From Mobula hypostoma (Eukaryota), in contig NC_086097.1 in the NCBI RefSeq assembly GCF_963921235.1, positions 230,270,001 to 230,334,000 of the forward strand: DNA of 64,000 bases, read 5' to 3'. Below, in pieces: positions 13,414-26,029 of this stretch; within the stretch, counting starts at the first letter, position 1, and every line of letters starts with the position of its first letter. A model generated the notes under the pieces. That model searched no databases. It was not told the origin of the DNA and saw nothing but the letters and a program-made list of their open reading frames with translations. The position numbers were made by a program, and so were the translations under genes.

Positions 13414-14024
13414 CTACATACAAAACGACAGAAGTTGTGAGAAAATAGATATGACAATTTTCAGTCTTACCATTAGCAAAACAGTGCCTTTATATTACTA
13501 TGCATGCCACATCAGTATTGACTTATTGCACATGGTGATGTTTTGGGCTAAGGCCCCTCATCAGTCTGTTCATCCAGAGATCTGCCTGGTCTGCTGAGTT
13601 CCACCAGCATTTTGCACATGGGGGATATTTCTTCCTCTTTGGGCAAATGACTCTTGTATAGATGATATTTAAACCTGACACCTGACAATTACATTCTCCG
13701 ATATTCCAGCGTATATTTTCCAATTAATGTTAGGTGTTGGAGTCCGTAAGTACAAGAACTCATATAAGGACAAGTTAAGAAGTAGTTTAATCATTTCCTG
13801 TCATGTCCAACTGTTTATGATAAGGAATTAAGGCAATCATTTCACTTACAGATAGCTGTAAGCATATAACTTAAGTAAGTTTCAATATTATTCTATGGCT
13901 TTGCACTATGCAGTAACCTTGAATGGGACTAAAAATACAAATTGTCACCTTGCTATTTCACACAGTGACCAGCTGGGGGCAGTCTCTCATAAGATGCCCA
14001 ACAATAAATTTAAATTCCTAAATC

Positions 14025-14192
14025 CAAGAGATTCTGCAGATGCTGGAAATCTTGAGCCCAAAATACTGCAGGAACTCTGCAAGTCAGGCTGCTTCTCTGG
14101 AGGGAAATGAACAGTCTACATTTGACACCCAAAATGCTGACTGTTTACTTGACCTGCTGAGTTCCTTCAGCATATTGTGTGTTGTGTTGTGC
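14025..14192. mobile_element. Palindromic PLE-derived short element
   Basis: agattctgcagatgctggaaat...aggaactc / gagttccttcagcatattgtgtg inverted arms. Confidence 0.7.
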
Positions 14193-15685
14193 AAATTAAA
14201 TTCCTATTAGTTTTTGCCTGGAAGTCAGGTATCCAGATTAGCTTCAAATAACTTCAGAAATATTTTGAAACCGTCAGATCAGAAAATACATTCTCATGAT
14301 GGATTATGGACAATTCCTTTCCTCTCCCTACACTGATATTGCTCAACTGTCAATTCCTTCAGAAGGTTGATTGCTTCTGCTTTGTATTGTTTTGGATACT
14401 TTTTTTTAAACTGAATAATGTTTTCCAAAACAGGTACCTTATTTCAAGCTGTTCTGATTACTACTTGAAACTAATTATATGAGATCACTGGAAGGGTTCC
14501 AGTTATTGTTGTACTAGTAGAGGGTAAGGTGTGCCAAACATTCACTTGCACAGAATATAGGAAAGAGAATGGGGGGGGGGGAAATAATGACATTACTTTA
14601 ACATCAGTAAGTCTTGTATTCCTCAATTAACCAAAGATACTAAAGGGGTAAGAAGCCTCTATTTGCATTTCTGAAAATGTTTTGTAGATAATATTTAAGG
14701 TCAGCAATCTGCAGTTTTACCACAAAACACATGCACTGGCAATCTTCTTGTGCATAGTGCAGACAATTTACTTTCAATGTCTCATCTCTCCCAAAGCCAG
14801 GCACTTTCAATACTGATTGAAAGGAATATTCGGTTGTGGCTCCAATTTTAGTTTTCCTGATGTAAACACTTTGTCCAAGGTACAACTATAATCACAGAAA
14901 GTCTCAAAAAGTTAGTGCATATAAAACACATGACTAAGTTTAATTTCCTTTAGATGTTTTCTAGTTCAAAAATCACTTGGATATTAGGAATTATTGAAAA
15001 GAGTTTATTTAATAATTTTGACCACATTTATTAATCAGAAACTCAAAAGGTTTTCATAATTAAAGATCAGGAAGCACTTTGGTCTTATTAAATTCCTTAA
15101 TTCAGGAAGGAAGTTTAAATTTCAGTGAGTTCAACTCAGCCATTTGCAATAATCTAAACTGATGATAGCAAAAAGAGATTAGCAAAATTAAATCAGAAAC
15201 AGAAAGCATCATAGCATTAGCATCAGGCAGAGTATTGCAGGTATGCAGAAGCCATATATCAAACTGCAGTTAACTATCAATAATGTTGTTTTAAAATCAA
15301 CATGATGAGATGGCACTGGAGGTGAGTAATTTTATCCTAAACTGCTCATGGAAGAGAATGGATTGGCTGCCTGCCTAACCTGGAAGTCAAACAAAACTAA
15401 ATTGAGCTCTCATCAGTTTCTACCGGCTGCGTAGGATTAAAATTACTCCGTGTTTCTAAATTTAAAACAATCTGATAATAGGAATGAAGTATGAAATGTG
15501 GGTTAAAAAGTGATAACAAATCATTTGATTCAATGGCACTACTCAAAGCAGGTGTGACTTGCAACACATTTGAATTTTTTGCTGTGATTTTGCTTCTAAA
15601 ATAACAAAACATTGCAGACGTTGATGGTAGAGTATGAGGAAACAAATCTATAAAAGTTGGTAAGGAGGTGAGGGGAACCAGTTAC

Positions 15686-16090
15686 CTCGAACTGAGGTTG
15701 TTCTTCAGATTTTTCTGAAGGTTTGCCTGACATCCCAGGCTGCTCCTCCCACCCTTGGGTGGTAGGTGGTCCTTCTACAATATCAGCTACTGGTTGATCC
15801 ACTTTGGGACTCGCTGCCTCCTTCTGCTCCTCTTTGGTTTCCACAGTCACCATAGAACTCAGACCCCCTGCATCACCAGATGAGTGAGCTTTGCTCGCCT
15901 CTGTTAGGGAATCCCTCTCAACTCCTGCCAGTTTAGCGTGCAGAGCAGAAGCATCCTCGCTTGCATGCACATTCATCACATGCTTCTTTTCCATCACCAT
16001 TGTTTCCTGCACAATCTTCATGGTCTTCTCCTGCTTGAGGATTTCATGTTGCGCCACTTTGGAACCCTCATCCAAATCCACGTCCGGTTT
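15686..16090 (-). CDS. EPB41L3: EPB41L3 exon upstream of the CTD
   Basis: cctttctag|AAA...GAG|gtaact, 405 nt, phase 0/0; contains KIVQETMVMEKKHVMNVHASEDAS...EEQPQFE (recalled human KVVQETVLVEERRVVHASGDAS...QKPHFE). Confidence 0.9.
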
Positions 16091-16417
16091 CTAGAAAGGT
16101 TAAAAACTCCCATGAAAGTGTGCAGAATAAAATGTCCTAAATAGCAACTGTGGTGGCCTGCTCTGAGTTAGAGTTATAGCACAGTCATCTCCATCTACTT
16201 CAAACTCTATAATTCATATGATGTACAATGTAAAACCTACTGTGAAAAAGTATATTAATGAAAGATTATTTTTTATTGTATAACTGCTTAGTCTATATAC
16301 AAGCATAATAAAATCTACAGTCAAAAGCTGGTAAGATTTCAATAAGCAAAACAAAAATGGATGTAGTAAGTTAATCCATGACATGCTTTTAGTGAAGAAT
16401 TCATATAAAATAAGGGA

Positions 16418-16615
16418 AGGGAACGCCGACTCAGACCATGAGAGGCCTGCGTCGGGCATTTTCATGCCTTACAAGGTGCAGATTGGAAGTCTGTGTGGGG
16501 CGCCACTTCTCACACAGACTACAGGAATGTGTGATTAAGTGCCTTGCTCAAGGGCACAAACACGTTGCCACAGCTGAGGCTCAAACTAGCGACCTTGAGA
16601 TAACTTAACATGCCC
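16418..16615 (-). mobile_element. Short SINE-like element
   Basis: Minus strand has a degenerate B-box-like segment, then gtgcccttgagcaaggcacttaa and two terminal hairpins. Confidence 0.55.
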
Positions 16616-16735
16616 TACACAATAAAATAAAGTCTCTTGTAATTATGAAAATATTCAGGCAGTTTTCTACTTTAGTTAATTACGTTTCTCTATTGTGTCC
16701 ATGTTTCTGCCACACACACACGTTCTACTTTCACA

Positions 16736-16738
<3 letters not shown>

Positions 16739-16784
<46 letters not shown>
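16739..16784. repeat. Compound (GT)n(GA)n microsatellite
   Basis: Directly visible. Confidence 0.97.
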
Positions 16785-17378
16785 AAGAAACATGGAAGCA
16801 ATAGAGTACATTATATATATATATAAACTACTATATCCTCGCCCTTAATCATTATCCAGTCACCAAGAGTTTTCCAGTGCAGTGGCTCTGAGTGATGCAA
16901 AGATTGTTCTGTCAGAAAACAGGCTATCAACACAGATACAAAGTAGATTTGCCATCCATCTGCAAAGATAGACTTCCAAATATCTTAAGTCGTGGCATAA
17001 GGGTACTTTATGTTATCAGAAACAATGAGAACCAAATGGAAAGATTAGCACGCCGTTTCTTCCGATATGCAATTAGACAACTCTACTGACTTTTCTCATG
17101 TGCATCCTGCAAACAACCACCTTTTGACTTGCTGCAGTTGGAGATGTTCTGCCGGGAGGCCATCAATCTGTAAGTTCAATTCTGCTTTCAACCCTCACAA
17201 CTGTTGCCTGAGCAGCTGGATATTTTCTGTTTTTATTTTTGATTAACAGCAAGTTTTTTTTTCTTTTGAACACAATCTCTTTACATGCAAATATGATTCT
17301 CTTATAAAATCCGTGTCACACTTGCAGTATCAGTGTTGCTGGGCCTTTTGGATTTGATCTGATTAATAACTTTGGCTG

Positions 17379-18930
17379 ACACTCACAAAATGTTGGAGGA
17401 ACTCAGCAGGTCAGGCGGCATCTACGGAAGTGAATAAACAGTCGACGTTTCGGGCCGAGACCCTTCACCAGCACCAAAAAGGAAGGGGAAGGAATCCAGA
17501 ATAAGGTGGGAGGAGGGGAGGGAGTACAAGTTAGAAGGTGGGGAGGTGATGGGTGGAAAAGGTAAGGGGCTGGAGAAGAAAGAATCAGATAGGAGAGGAG
17601 AGTGAGCCACGGGAGAAAGGGAAAAAGGAGAGGCACTGAGGGAGGTTATAGGCAGAGGAGAAGAAGAGGTAAGGGGGAGGTCAGAGTGGGGGAACTGAAG
17701 AAAAGGGAAGGGGAGGGTGAAAAATTACACAGTTGGAGAAATTGATGCTTCTGCCATCCCGTTGACTACCTCGATAGAATATAAGAGGTTGTTCCTCCAA
17801 CCACAGAGTGGCCTCATTGTGCCAGCAGAAAAGGCCATGGAGCCACATGTCTGAACGGGAATGGGGATGGGAATTAAAATGGTTGACCACCAGGAAGTCC
17901 TGCCTCTTGTAGATGGAGCGAAGGTGCTCGACGAAGTTTTCCTCCAATCTGCCGGATAAAGGAGGTCATATTGGGAGCACTAGATGCAATAGGCGACCCC
18001 ACAGATTATCAGGTGATATGTTGGAAGGACTATTTGGGTCCCAGAATGGGGGTGAGGGAGGAGGTGAATGGGCAGGTGTGGGACTTCTGCTGCTTTCAGG
18101 GATAAGGAAGGAGGTTAGTAGGGAGGGATGAATGGACAAGGGAATCACAAGGGGGAAGCAATCTCTGCAGAAGTGGAGAGTGGTGGGGTGGGGGAAGGTA
18201 AGGATGTGTTTGGTGGTAGGGTCCTGTTGAAACTGGTGGAAATTATAGAGAATGATGTGCTGGATGTGGAGGCTCACGGGGTAGTATGTGGGGACAAGAG
18301 GAACTCCATTTCTGTTAAGGCGGTGGGAAGATGGGGTGGGGGTGTCTGGAAAATGGAGGAGACGCAGGTGAGGGCTGCATCAATAGTGGAGGAAGGGAAA
18401 CCGCATTCTTTGAAGAAGCAGGCTGATGTCCTGGAAAGGAAAGCCTCATCTTGGGAACAGATGCAGCAGAGACAAAGGAACTGAGAAAAGGGAACAGCAT
18501 TTTTACAGGAGACAGGGTAGAAAGGATAAAGTTAAGGTAGCCATAAGAATGGGTCTGTTTATAAAAGATAACGGTAGGCAGACAGATCAAGAAAGAGGAG
18601 TGAGGTGTCAGAAATGGGCCTAGTGAATTTAAGGGCAGGGTGGAAGTTGGAGGCAAAATTGATGAAATCGATGAGCTCAGAATGGGTGCATGAAGCAGCA
18701 TCAATATAGCGCAGAAAGAGTTGGGGCATTAGAAGGGAAGACTTGGAACATAGACAGTTCCACATGTGCTATAGTGGTCTATGTGTCTATGAAGTTGGTG
18801 GCAGTGGACAAGAGATCTTCATAATTAATGAGGTCGGTGATAGTGCTGGAGAGAATGTCTTGATGGTCCTGACTGGGGTCCTTTACAAGGGGCAAGTCCC
18901 AGGAAGTGTATGAGAGTCACTACCTGGCCA
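17379..18930 (-). mobile_element. Degenerate Penelope-like retroelement: RT C-terminus, GIY-YIG region and 3' terminal repeat with hammerhead motif
   Basis: LFLRYIDA (YIDD motif), NFASNFHPALKFT, LLFLDLS, VEHLRSI..NHFNSHPHS.SDM..LEEQ.LIF; then a pyrimidine-rich tract and ctggtgaagggtctcggcccgaaacgtcgactg. Confidence 0.88.
17437..17471 (-). ncRNA. Minimal type-I hammerhead ribozyme motif of the PLE terminus; core variant CUGGUGA, probably inactive
   Basis: CUG(G)UGA-A-GGGU cucg GCCC-GAAAC-GUC-GACUG: stem II and GAAA/GUC intact. PLEs are known to carry such minimal hammerheads. Confidence 0.7.
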
Positions 18931-19549
18931 TCCTCACACCCTAATAACTGTGACTGTAGCTTTGACAAGGTTTTTTTTTGAGACATTCAAGGTATGTGGC
19001 TATTCTTAAATACCCTTAATTATGGTTGAAGGCCATCCAGGTCGAATATGAGGAGTTGCTCCTTCAACCCAAGAATGGCCTCATCTTGGCAGTGGGGGGG
19101 GGGGTCATAGCTTTATTGATACTTGGGAACCTCGTGAACAAACATGCAGGTTCAGGTTTGTCCTTTGCATTTGGTTTGCTGATCTCTGCAATCTTTTAAG
19201 ATTTATTTGAGGGTCTTTCTTGCTGCTATTTTAAAAAAAAATTTGCCCAGCTGGATATAGTTGCACTGCAGAACCTCAATTTGATTCCACAGTGATGTGA
19301 TTACCTAGCTCTAAATACAGTATGCTGCACTGCAGCTTTTCTTGGAACTCTGCCATGTTTTACTCTCCCTCGGTCTAAAGCATTCCGAGAGCTGATCTGG
19401 GAATGGTCCACCATGTCCCCGAGAGAACGGGGCTTGATCCACTGGCTTGAGGGCAATGGTAAAAGAAGGGGCGTAACTAAGATCACCTGTGGTCCACAGT
19501 GCTCCACGAATGAGTGTTAGATCTATTCAGAATTTATCTCATGTAGTAC

Positions 19550-19900
19550 TTCTGAAAGGCTGATGCAAGTATTTCAGACTTTGGTTGTATTAATTCCCCA
19601 TACAGAAGCACAGTATATGCCCGTCCGTCGCTCATGTACCTTAATGGAGTCTCTCTTCGTATCTTGAGAGGTGATAGGAGAGCTTTGAAAAAAGTATTAG
19701 CGTTGTGATACCAAACAGCCAATGGCAGGCACTCTCAGTGCTACAGGCGTTGGGAAAGGGGATCACTGGACAAATAGGGTACAGTATCACAATTATTGTA
19801 CTTCTAAATTGAAAAAAGCTGGATAGAAGTGGCAAAATGGTTGTCACTTTCAAAACTCCAGTCTTTGTATGGAACAAACACAAAATGCAACAGAAACTCC
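19550..19900 (-). mobile_element. Ancient RTE-like LINE remnant
   Basis: YMSDGRAYTVLLYGEL resembles the RTE motif RM.D.R.PK.LLYGEL. Confidence 0.4.
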
Positions 19901-20102
19901 AACAATTATAATCTATTTGACACCAGATCATGTTGGATTTCAATCATTTCTAAGGCAGTCAAATGAAAATGAACTGATGCTTGTTGATACCCCAACCTCA
20001 CTGAATTGGAGTATCAACAACAGCAAATGGAACAATCTGAGAACGTGTTACACCTGGATGGAACAGGGGCGAATTAACTCGAGCTGAGTGCTCTTCTGGA
20101 CT

Positions 20103-20258
20103 TGAGATTCTGCAGATGCTGGAAGCCCAGGGCAACATACACAAAATGCTGGAGAGACTCAGCAAGTCAACGATTTGGGCCGAGACCCTTCAGCAGGACA
20201 GGCCATTCATCCCCAAAGGTGCTGCCTGACCTGCTGAGTTCCTCCAGCATTTTGTGTG
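20103..20258. mobile_element. Palindromic PLE-derived short element
   Basis: Inverted cacaaaatgctgga arms; minus-strand ctgctgaagggtctcggcccaaatcgttgac remnant. Confidence 0.75.
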
Positions 20259-20909
20259 CCGAGCTCTCTGAGAGCTGCCCTCACATTACTGAGCTATCCT
20301 TGGGCTTGTAGAAAGCCACCTCCACTTGTAAACAAAGTTTCTCCCACACAACTAGGGAAAACAAGACAAACGAGGAGCTCCAGGCAAATTTTCCAGCAAA
20401 AATCAACATAACCAATATGCCCTTGTTTTTATACTTTTCCTCCTTGTTTGTTACTGATATGCTCAAGAGCAATGCAGTAAGATCACTGCACCTTGTGCAA
20501 AAATGTTTCCAGGAAAGTAGAAAATAACTCTTTGAAAATTCTTATGATAGCAAGGAATTAGCAGTAAATTTACTAAAAACATAGTGTAAAATAGTAACTC
20601 CTTAACCAGTAACCTTGAACTGCAGGACTGAGTAGGTCTAATTCTCTATTGATGTAGCCCCTCAATGAACTCTGTAATCTTTCTGCTGGGGCACAAAAGC
20701 GTATGGCCCATCCAATGTGCTCACAATCATCTCGTGCTGCGTGACCACTGCGGTGGCTAGAAACTTCCAAGTGTAGGGTGGATTAACTCTCAACTCCTCC
20801 TACTGAAATATTCTCTAAATGCAGAAAATTATACAATATATATAACTATAAATTAAGCATGGGATTTCCACCTGCTGTAGGGGCAAGAATAGTGAGGGCT
20901 ATTAACTAG

Positions 20910-21320
20910 TTTGTTTATTTATTGAGATACCGTGTGGAATAATCCCTTCCAGTCACACCCGATTTAACCCTCGCCTGATCAGGGGACAATTTATGATGAC
21001 CAATTAGCCTACCAACCGGGAACAAGAGAAAATCTGCAGACGCTGAAAATGCAAGCAACATACACAAAATGCTGGAGCAACTGAGCAGGCCAGGCAGCGT
21101 CTGTGGAAAAAGTACAGTCGAGCTGCTCCAGCATTCTGTGTGTGTGGATCACCAACCACTTCGTCTTTGAACTGTCGGACAAAACCAGAGAACTTGGGCA
21201 AAACCCTTGTGGTCACAGGTAGAACATACAAACTCCTTACAGACAACGGCAGGAAATGTATCTGGTTGCTGGTCCAACAGAGTGTTGTGCTACCCACTAC
21301 GCTGTTGTGTGGACTGTGTT
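20910..21320 (-). mobile_element. tRNA-SINE interrupted by a palindromic element (about 21025-21145)
   Basis: SINE tail, core and head are collinear on either side of the insertion. Confidence 0.65.
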
Positions 21321-21424
21321 AATGTAGTAACAGAGAACTACAGACAAAGCCTTGAGGCAGAGACATAGAATGCAGCAGTGAGGCCACCCAAGTTTCAGGA
21401 ACTTCACTAATTATGTTATAGTGT

Positions 21425-21588
21425 CAACACACACAATATTCTGGAGGAACTCAGCAGGTTAGGCCCTTCATCTTGTTCCAAAGCGTTGACTGTTCGTTCC
21501 CATCCATAGATGCTGCCTGACCTGCCGAATTCCTTCAGCATTCTGTGTGTTGTTGCTCTGGATTTCCAGCATCTACAGAATCTCCAGT
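21425..21588. mobile_element. Palindromic PLE-derived short element
   Basis: Inverted arms with a partly deleted centre (cccttcatc...aaagcgttgactg). Confidence 0.7.
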
Positions 21589-22411
21589 TTTTATGCTATA
21601 ACATGCCTCCATTTTTGTAACAGAAAATTGAATTTGCTGTTAGGCCTGTGGACAATCATTTTATTCTCTGATCAGGACCTAGTCTGTTACTTAATTACAT
21701 CTTCCTGCAGCCACTATTCTATTATCAAAATGTAGTTTTACAGGTAATCTCATCAACTGAGAATAAAAATGTCGTACCAAATTCATGCTCAGGTAAATCA
21801 GCTTTGACTGGTCTCCTGTTGCACATCATTTTTCGAAATAAACCACCCAGCATTTTGAACATTAACCCTGTGTAGTCTTTCAGTTTGATCCCATAATACT
21901 AATTCCTGATCCTTGGTTGCTTTAAGATGCCTCTCCAGACAGACATAAAAAAATGGAAAGGTAGATTGTTCTCAGGTTACACCTGAAATCATTCTAGCTT
22001 GGGTACAGAGGGTAACGTTGGATAGGGATGTAGAAGAGATCGCTCTCTGGGTGGATAAATAATCAGGTTGCCCACCAAAGAGAGAGTTTGGAGACACAGA
22101 ATACTACAGCACTGAAACAGGCGCTTCAGTACATGAAGCCTGTGCAACTCTGGTCTTCTACCTAGCCCCATGCACCTGGACCAGAGCCCTCCATTCCTCT
22201 CTCATCCATGTATCTATTCAAACTTCTAAAATTGAACTCACGTTCACGTGGAAGTAATTTTGTTTACACAAGGTGCAGTGATATTCTTTGTAGCACTGGT
22301 ACATAGGTCACACATTAATGGCTATAAGGGATAAGAAGTCCAAGACCAGGGTCATGATGCTGGCCCAACATGAGTTAACACTGGACATTTGCTGGAGTTC
22401 CTCATTGTCCT

Positions 22412-22646
22412 ACAGAGAGTGGTGAATCTGTGGAATTCTCTGCCACAGGAAACTGTTGAGGCCACTTCATTGGCTATATTTAAGAGGGAGTTAGATATGG
22501 CCCTTGTGGCTACGGGGGTCAGGGGGTATGGAGGGAAGGCTGGGGCGGGGTTCTGAGTTGGATGATCAGCCATGATCATAATAAATGGCGGTGCAGGCTC
22601 GAAGGGCCGAATGGCCTACTCCTGCACCTATTTTCTATGTTTCTAT
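22412..22646 (+). mobile_element. Young CR1 3' end (tttctatg-tail subfamily)
   Basis: Near-identical to the copies at 25827-26029, 31265-31499 and 40743-40897. Confidence 0.9.
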
Positions 22647-22843
22647 ATGTCTAGGAGTAATCAGGAATTAAAGAACTATTCAAAGATACTAATAAGGGAA
22701 TAACAAGGAAGATTTACGAAAAAAGGTTTTTTGTTTCCAGGTTGTTAAAAAATGGATGGGGTTAACAATAACGCCACTTGATCAATAAGAATCTTCCAAT
22801 CATTTCCCAGGCAGAATACCTAGTCCAGCAAATGAGAATTGGG

Positions 22844-23052
22844 GAGCAACACACAAAAAATGCTGTTGGAACTCAGCAGATCAGGCAGCATCTATGGAGA
22901 GGAACAAACAGTCATCGTTTTAGGCAAAGACCTTTCATCAGGATTGAAACCTCGACTGTTTATTGATTTCCATAGAAGCTGCCTGACCCACTGAGTTCCT
23001 CCAGCATTTTGTGTGTGTCGCTCTGGCTTTTCAACATCTGCAGAACCTCTTG
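22844..23052. mobile_element. Palindromic PLE-derived short element with hammerhead remnant
   Basis: Inverted arms; minus strand reads caatcCTGATGAaaggtctttgcctaaaacgatgactg. Confidence 0.8.
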
Positions 23053-23287
23053 TGTTTATGAGACTTGGGAAGAAGGGAAGATGGACATCATCATGAAAAG
23101 TACAGAAGTCTGTAAAAGGAAGATAGCGTGTGACAGGGAAAGTCCTTTCAAGCCCTGTATTTTGTTGAAATGCACACAATATGCTGGAGCGGCGAAACAT
23201 GAAACATAGCTAGAAGTAGGAGCAGAAACACCAGAAGTGACAATTTCATTTAAGGACAGAAGATTTATTTAAAGAATAAAAAGACAC

Positions 23288-23410
23288 CTGAACCCAGCTG
23301 TATGATGAAGCCGAAGCCCATTCCTTTCCATCCATTTGTTTTCGTGCTGAATCTAATAGATTGGAGACGTCTACATTTTTTGAGGTTACTTCAGAACCAG
23401 ACTGCTTTGT
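23288..23410 (-). CDS. EPB41L3: EPB41L3 123-nt cassette exon
   Basis: ctacacag|ACA...CAG|gtgtct; TKQSGSEVTSKNVDVSNLLDSARKQMDGKEWASASSYSWVQ versus recalled human TKQSSGEKLMDGSEIFSLLESARK...SQSWVQ (same 41-aa length). Confidence 0.9.
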
Positions 23411-23960
23411 CTGTGTAGACACAGAAAGTCAACATATAAAGCTGACTGACATACATGACTAGGTCAACAGTGGAGAGACAAAAGCTGTTTCAAAGTTACA
23501 GACTGAAAAAATAGCAGAAGTTTAATTAGAACATATAGAAAAAAAAGCCAACTAAAGGAGGAGTGTAAGGAAAACAGGCAAAAGGATGAGATTATGTTTG
23601 TACGTGGGAAGGTCAAACAATACAAATATTTTGCTACAAGGAAAGGACACGCAAAAAAATCTTAAGTGAACAATCTGTGCAATAAAGTTGCAGAAGATGA
23701 TGAAGAGACTGTCTGTGAAATGCAAATCAGCGTCAGCCTCATAAAGCCTGAATTTTAACAAGTGTGGCTAACTTAACAAAACAGTTTGTAATAGCAAAAC
23801 TAAAACATTAAAACCACATTAGAGGATCACTGGCTGGGTAGAAGCAACTTGCAGGTAAACAGAATGGTGCTTTTAGCTGTTTAAGCATACTGAAAAGCAA
23901 GTGCTGTCTGAAAGCCATGCATTTTATCTTTAGACTGTGACAGCCAAGGCCAACAGTTAC

Positions 23961-24295
23961 CAAAACTCTTGATCCCGATGACTCAGTAAAATAGTGAGCT
24001 GTAGCAATGGTAAACATTGGCTCTTCATCAGTCTTCGGTTTGATCACTGAAGTCTCATACTTCTGCAAAGCAGACCTCACATCAGGGCTTTCAATTCCTC
24101 TCTGTCTCACAATCTCTATAGGTTTCAGACTGCCTTCAGCATCACCTCTTTTTGTTGCCCCCTTCTTTGAAATGAGAGTTTCCTCCCGAGTAGACAGCAC
24201 AGTTTTCTGCTGTTCAACAGATGACACAAAATCTACCAATCGTTGTTGTTGCGTCCAATATACATCTCCCTTTGTCTTCACCATCCCCTCCTCTG
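23961..24295 (-). CDS. EPB41L3: Probable additional EPB41L3 exon absent from the canonical human isoform
   Basis: NAGNAG acceptor ttttgattag|cag|, donor TTG|gtaact. About 111 open codons of charged low-complexity sequence ending EEPMFTIATAHYFTESSGSRVL, in phase with the next exon. UGCAUG lies 40 nt downstream. Confidence 0.65.
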
Positions 24296-25294
24296 CTAAT
24301 CAAAATCAACTATTGCACTCCCTACTCAAGTGCTGTCCATGGGATGAGCTGCTCTCCTATTCCACCCCCACAAATCTGTGTTCTTAAACAGTCATTTTGA
24401 TCTAAATAGTTTTGTATGGCAATTAATGAAAGCGCAATGCTGCACATTTAAAAATTTAAACAAGAGTTCTATCCATCCCTTTCTAAGGGTGAGGTGCGTA
24501 CATGCAAAGGCACTGAGCATCATGGGGGATCCTATTTTAGAACTAAATAGGTTGTATAATCACAAGTCTTTGATAAACTGCTATATCACTTACATGCAAA
24601 AAGCACCTAATAGAATAATCACATTTTAAGTGTTAAAAAACAATCCCTGCTTAGGACATAATCATGTATGAAATGAAATTCTATCTTCTGCTGGTAAACA
24701 ATGTTGGCTACGCAATAGGATTATAGAGTCATTGCAGATAGGATTACTGAGTCACCCCAGATAGGGGTAAAGCACGGAGTAGATACATTATGTGACGACA
24801 GGGGCATAGAATGTCATCTCAGTGGGTTATCGGTGAAATAGGCCCAATCAATCTACAAATGAATTCTTCATTAACAATCACAAACCCCACTTCATCCCCT
24901 TTACAGTCTTCGCTATGCTTTCCAAAGCATGCTTCTTCCGATATCTCCAACTTCATTGTCTGGATTAATGGGACAAACTGAAGGTGGGAGAGTTAAAGCC
25001 ACCATTGTCTGGGCCAGGGGAAAACCATCGACACCAATTCCATTCCCACCTCAGGATGAATAACAGCCTGAACCCAAACCATTTCTACCCCCATCTCCGT
25101 GTCTCTGCTTCTTCGACACGACGGTACTACAGTGATTTCCTCGCTAATTTCTCATCCCCCACCTTTTGTAAACACACCAAATGTAAAGCTCTTAGCCTAA
25201 ATATATTGCTCTCACTGCAATATATATTCACCACTTCTTGCAGCTTCAAATAAAACTGAATTATTCAAGTGTTTACATTTTTCAGAGTTAGGAC

Positions 25295-25525
25295 CGTAGA
25301 ATATAGGAGCAGAATTAGGCCATTTGGCCCATCGAGTCTGCTCCACCATTTGGTAATGGCTGATCCATTTCCCACTCAGCCCCAATCTCCTACCTTATCC
25401 CCATACCCCTTCATGGCCTGACCAATTAAGAATCTGTTAACCTCTGCCTTAAATACACCCAATGGCTTGGCCTCCACAGCTGCCTGTGGCAATGAATTCC
25501 ACAGATCTGTCATTCTCTGGCTGAA
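25295..25525 (-). mobile_element. CR1 3' fragment
   Basis: CR1 3' UTR and WNSLP-coding remnant. Confidence 0.75.
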
Positions 25526-25826
25526 GAGTTATCAAGTTGGCAAAGGGTAAAAGTATAACGTTCCATTACTCTGTAATCTCCCTTATTACAGCATTTTGAA
25601 ACTCTGTCTTTGGCTTGTTCTGCAGTTCTTTCACCTGTTATTGACACCCTGCCTCTGAAATTCTTGCTAAACACTTTTTGGTCTCCAATTCCACTCTACT
25701 TTTAAGACTCTTTCTGAAATTCCTCTCCTGAACCAAGCACTTTGTGACCCATCATGCGTTTACCCTTTTCCCGTCTTCTATGGATAAAATACTCTGTGTT
25801 TTCAAAGCAATAAATATAATCTGATT

Positions 25827-26029
25827 ATAGAAACATAGAAAATAGGTGCAGGGGTAGGCCATTCGGCCCTTCGAGCCTGCACCGCCATTTATTATGATCA
25901 TGGCTGATCATCCAACTCAGAACCCCGCCCCAGCCTTCCCTCCATACCCCCTGACCCCCGTAGCCACAAGGGCCATATCCAACTCCCTCTTAAATATAGC
26001 CAATGAACTGGCCTCAACAGTTTCCTGTG
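25827..26029 (-). mobile_element. Young CR1 3' end, inverted relative to 22412-22646
   Basis: About 3 mismatches over ~200 bp to the reverse complement of the 22.4 kb copy. Confidence 0.9.

Noticed and set aside
24840..25165. GC-richer stretch considered as a missing phase-bridging exon
   Set aside because: All three minus-strand frames hit stops soon after the plausible acceptor, and there is no 4.1-like sequence.
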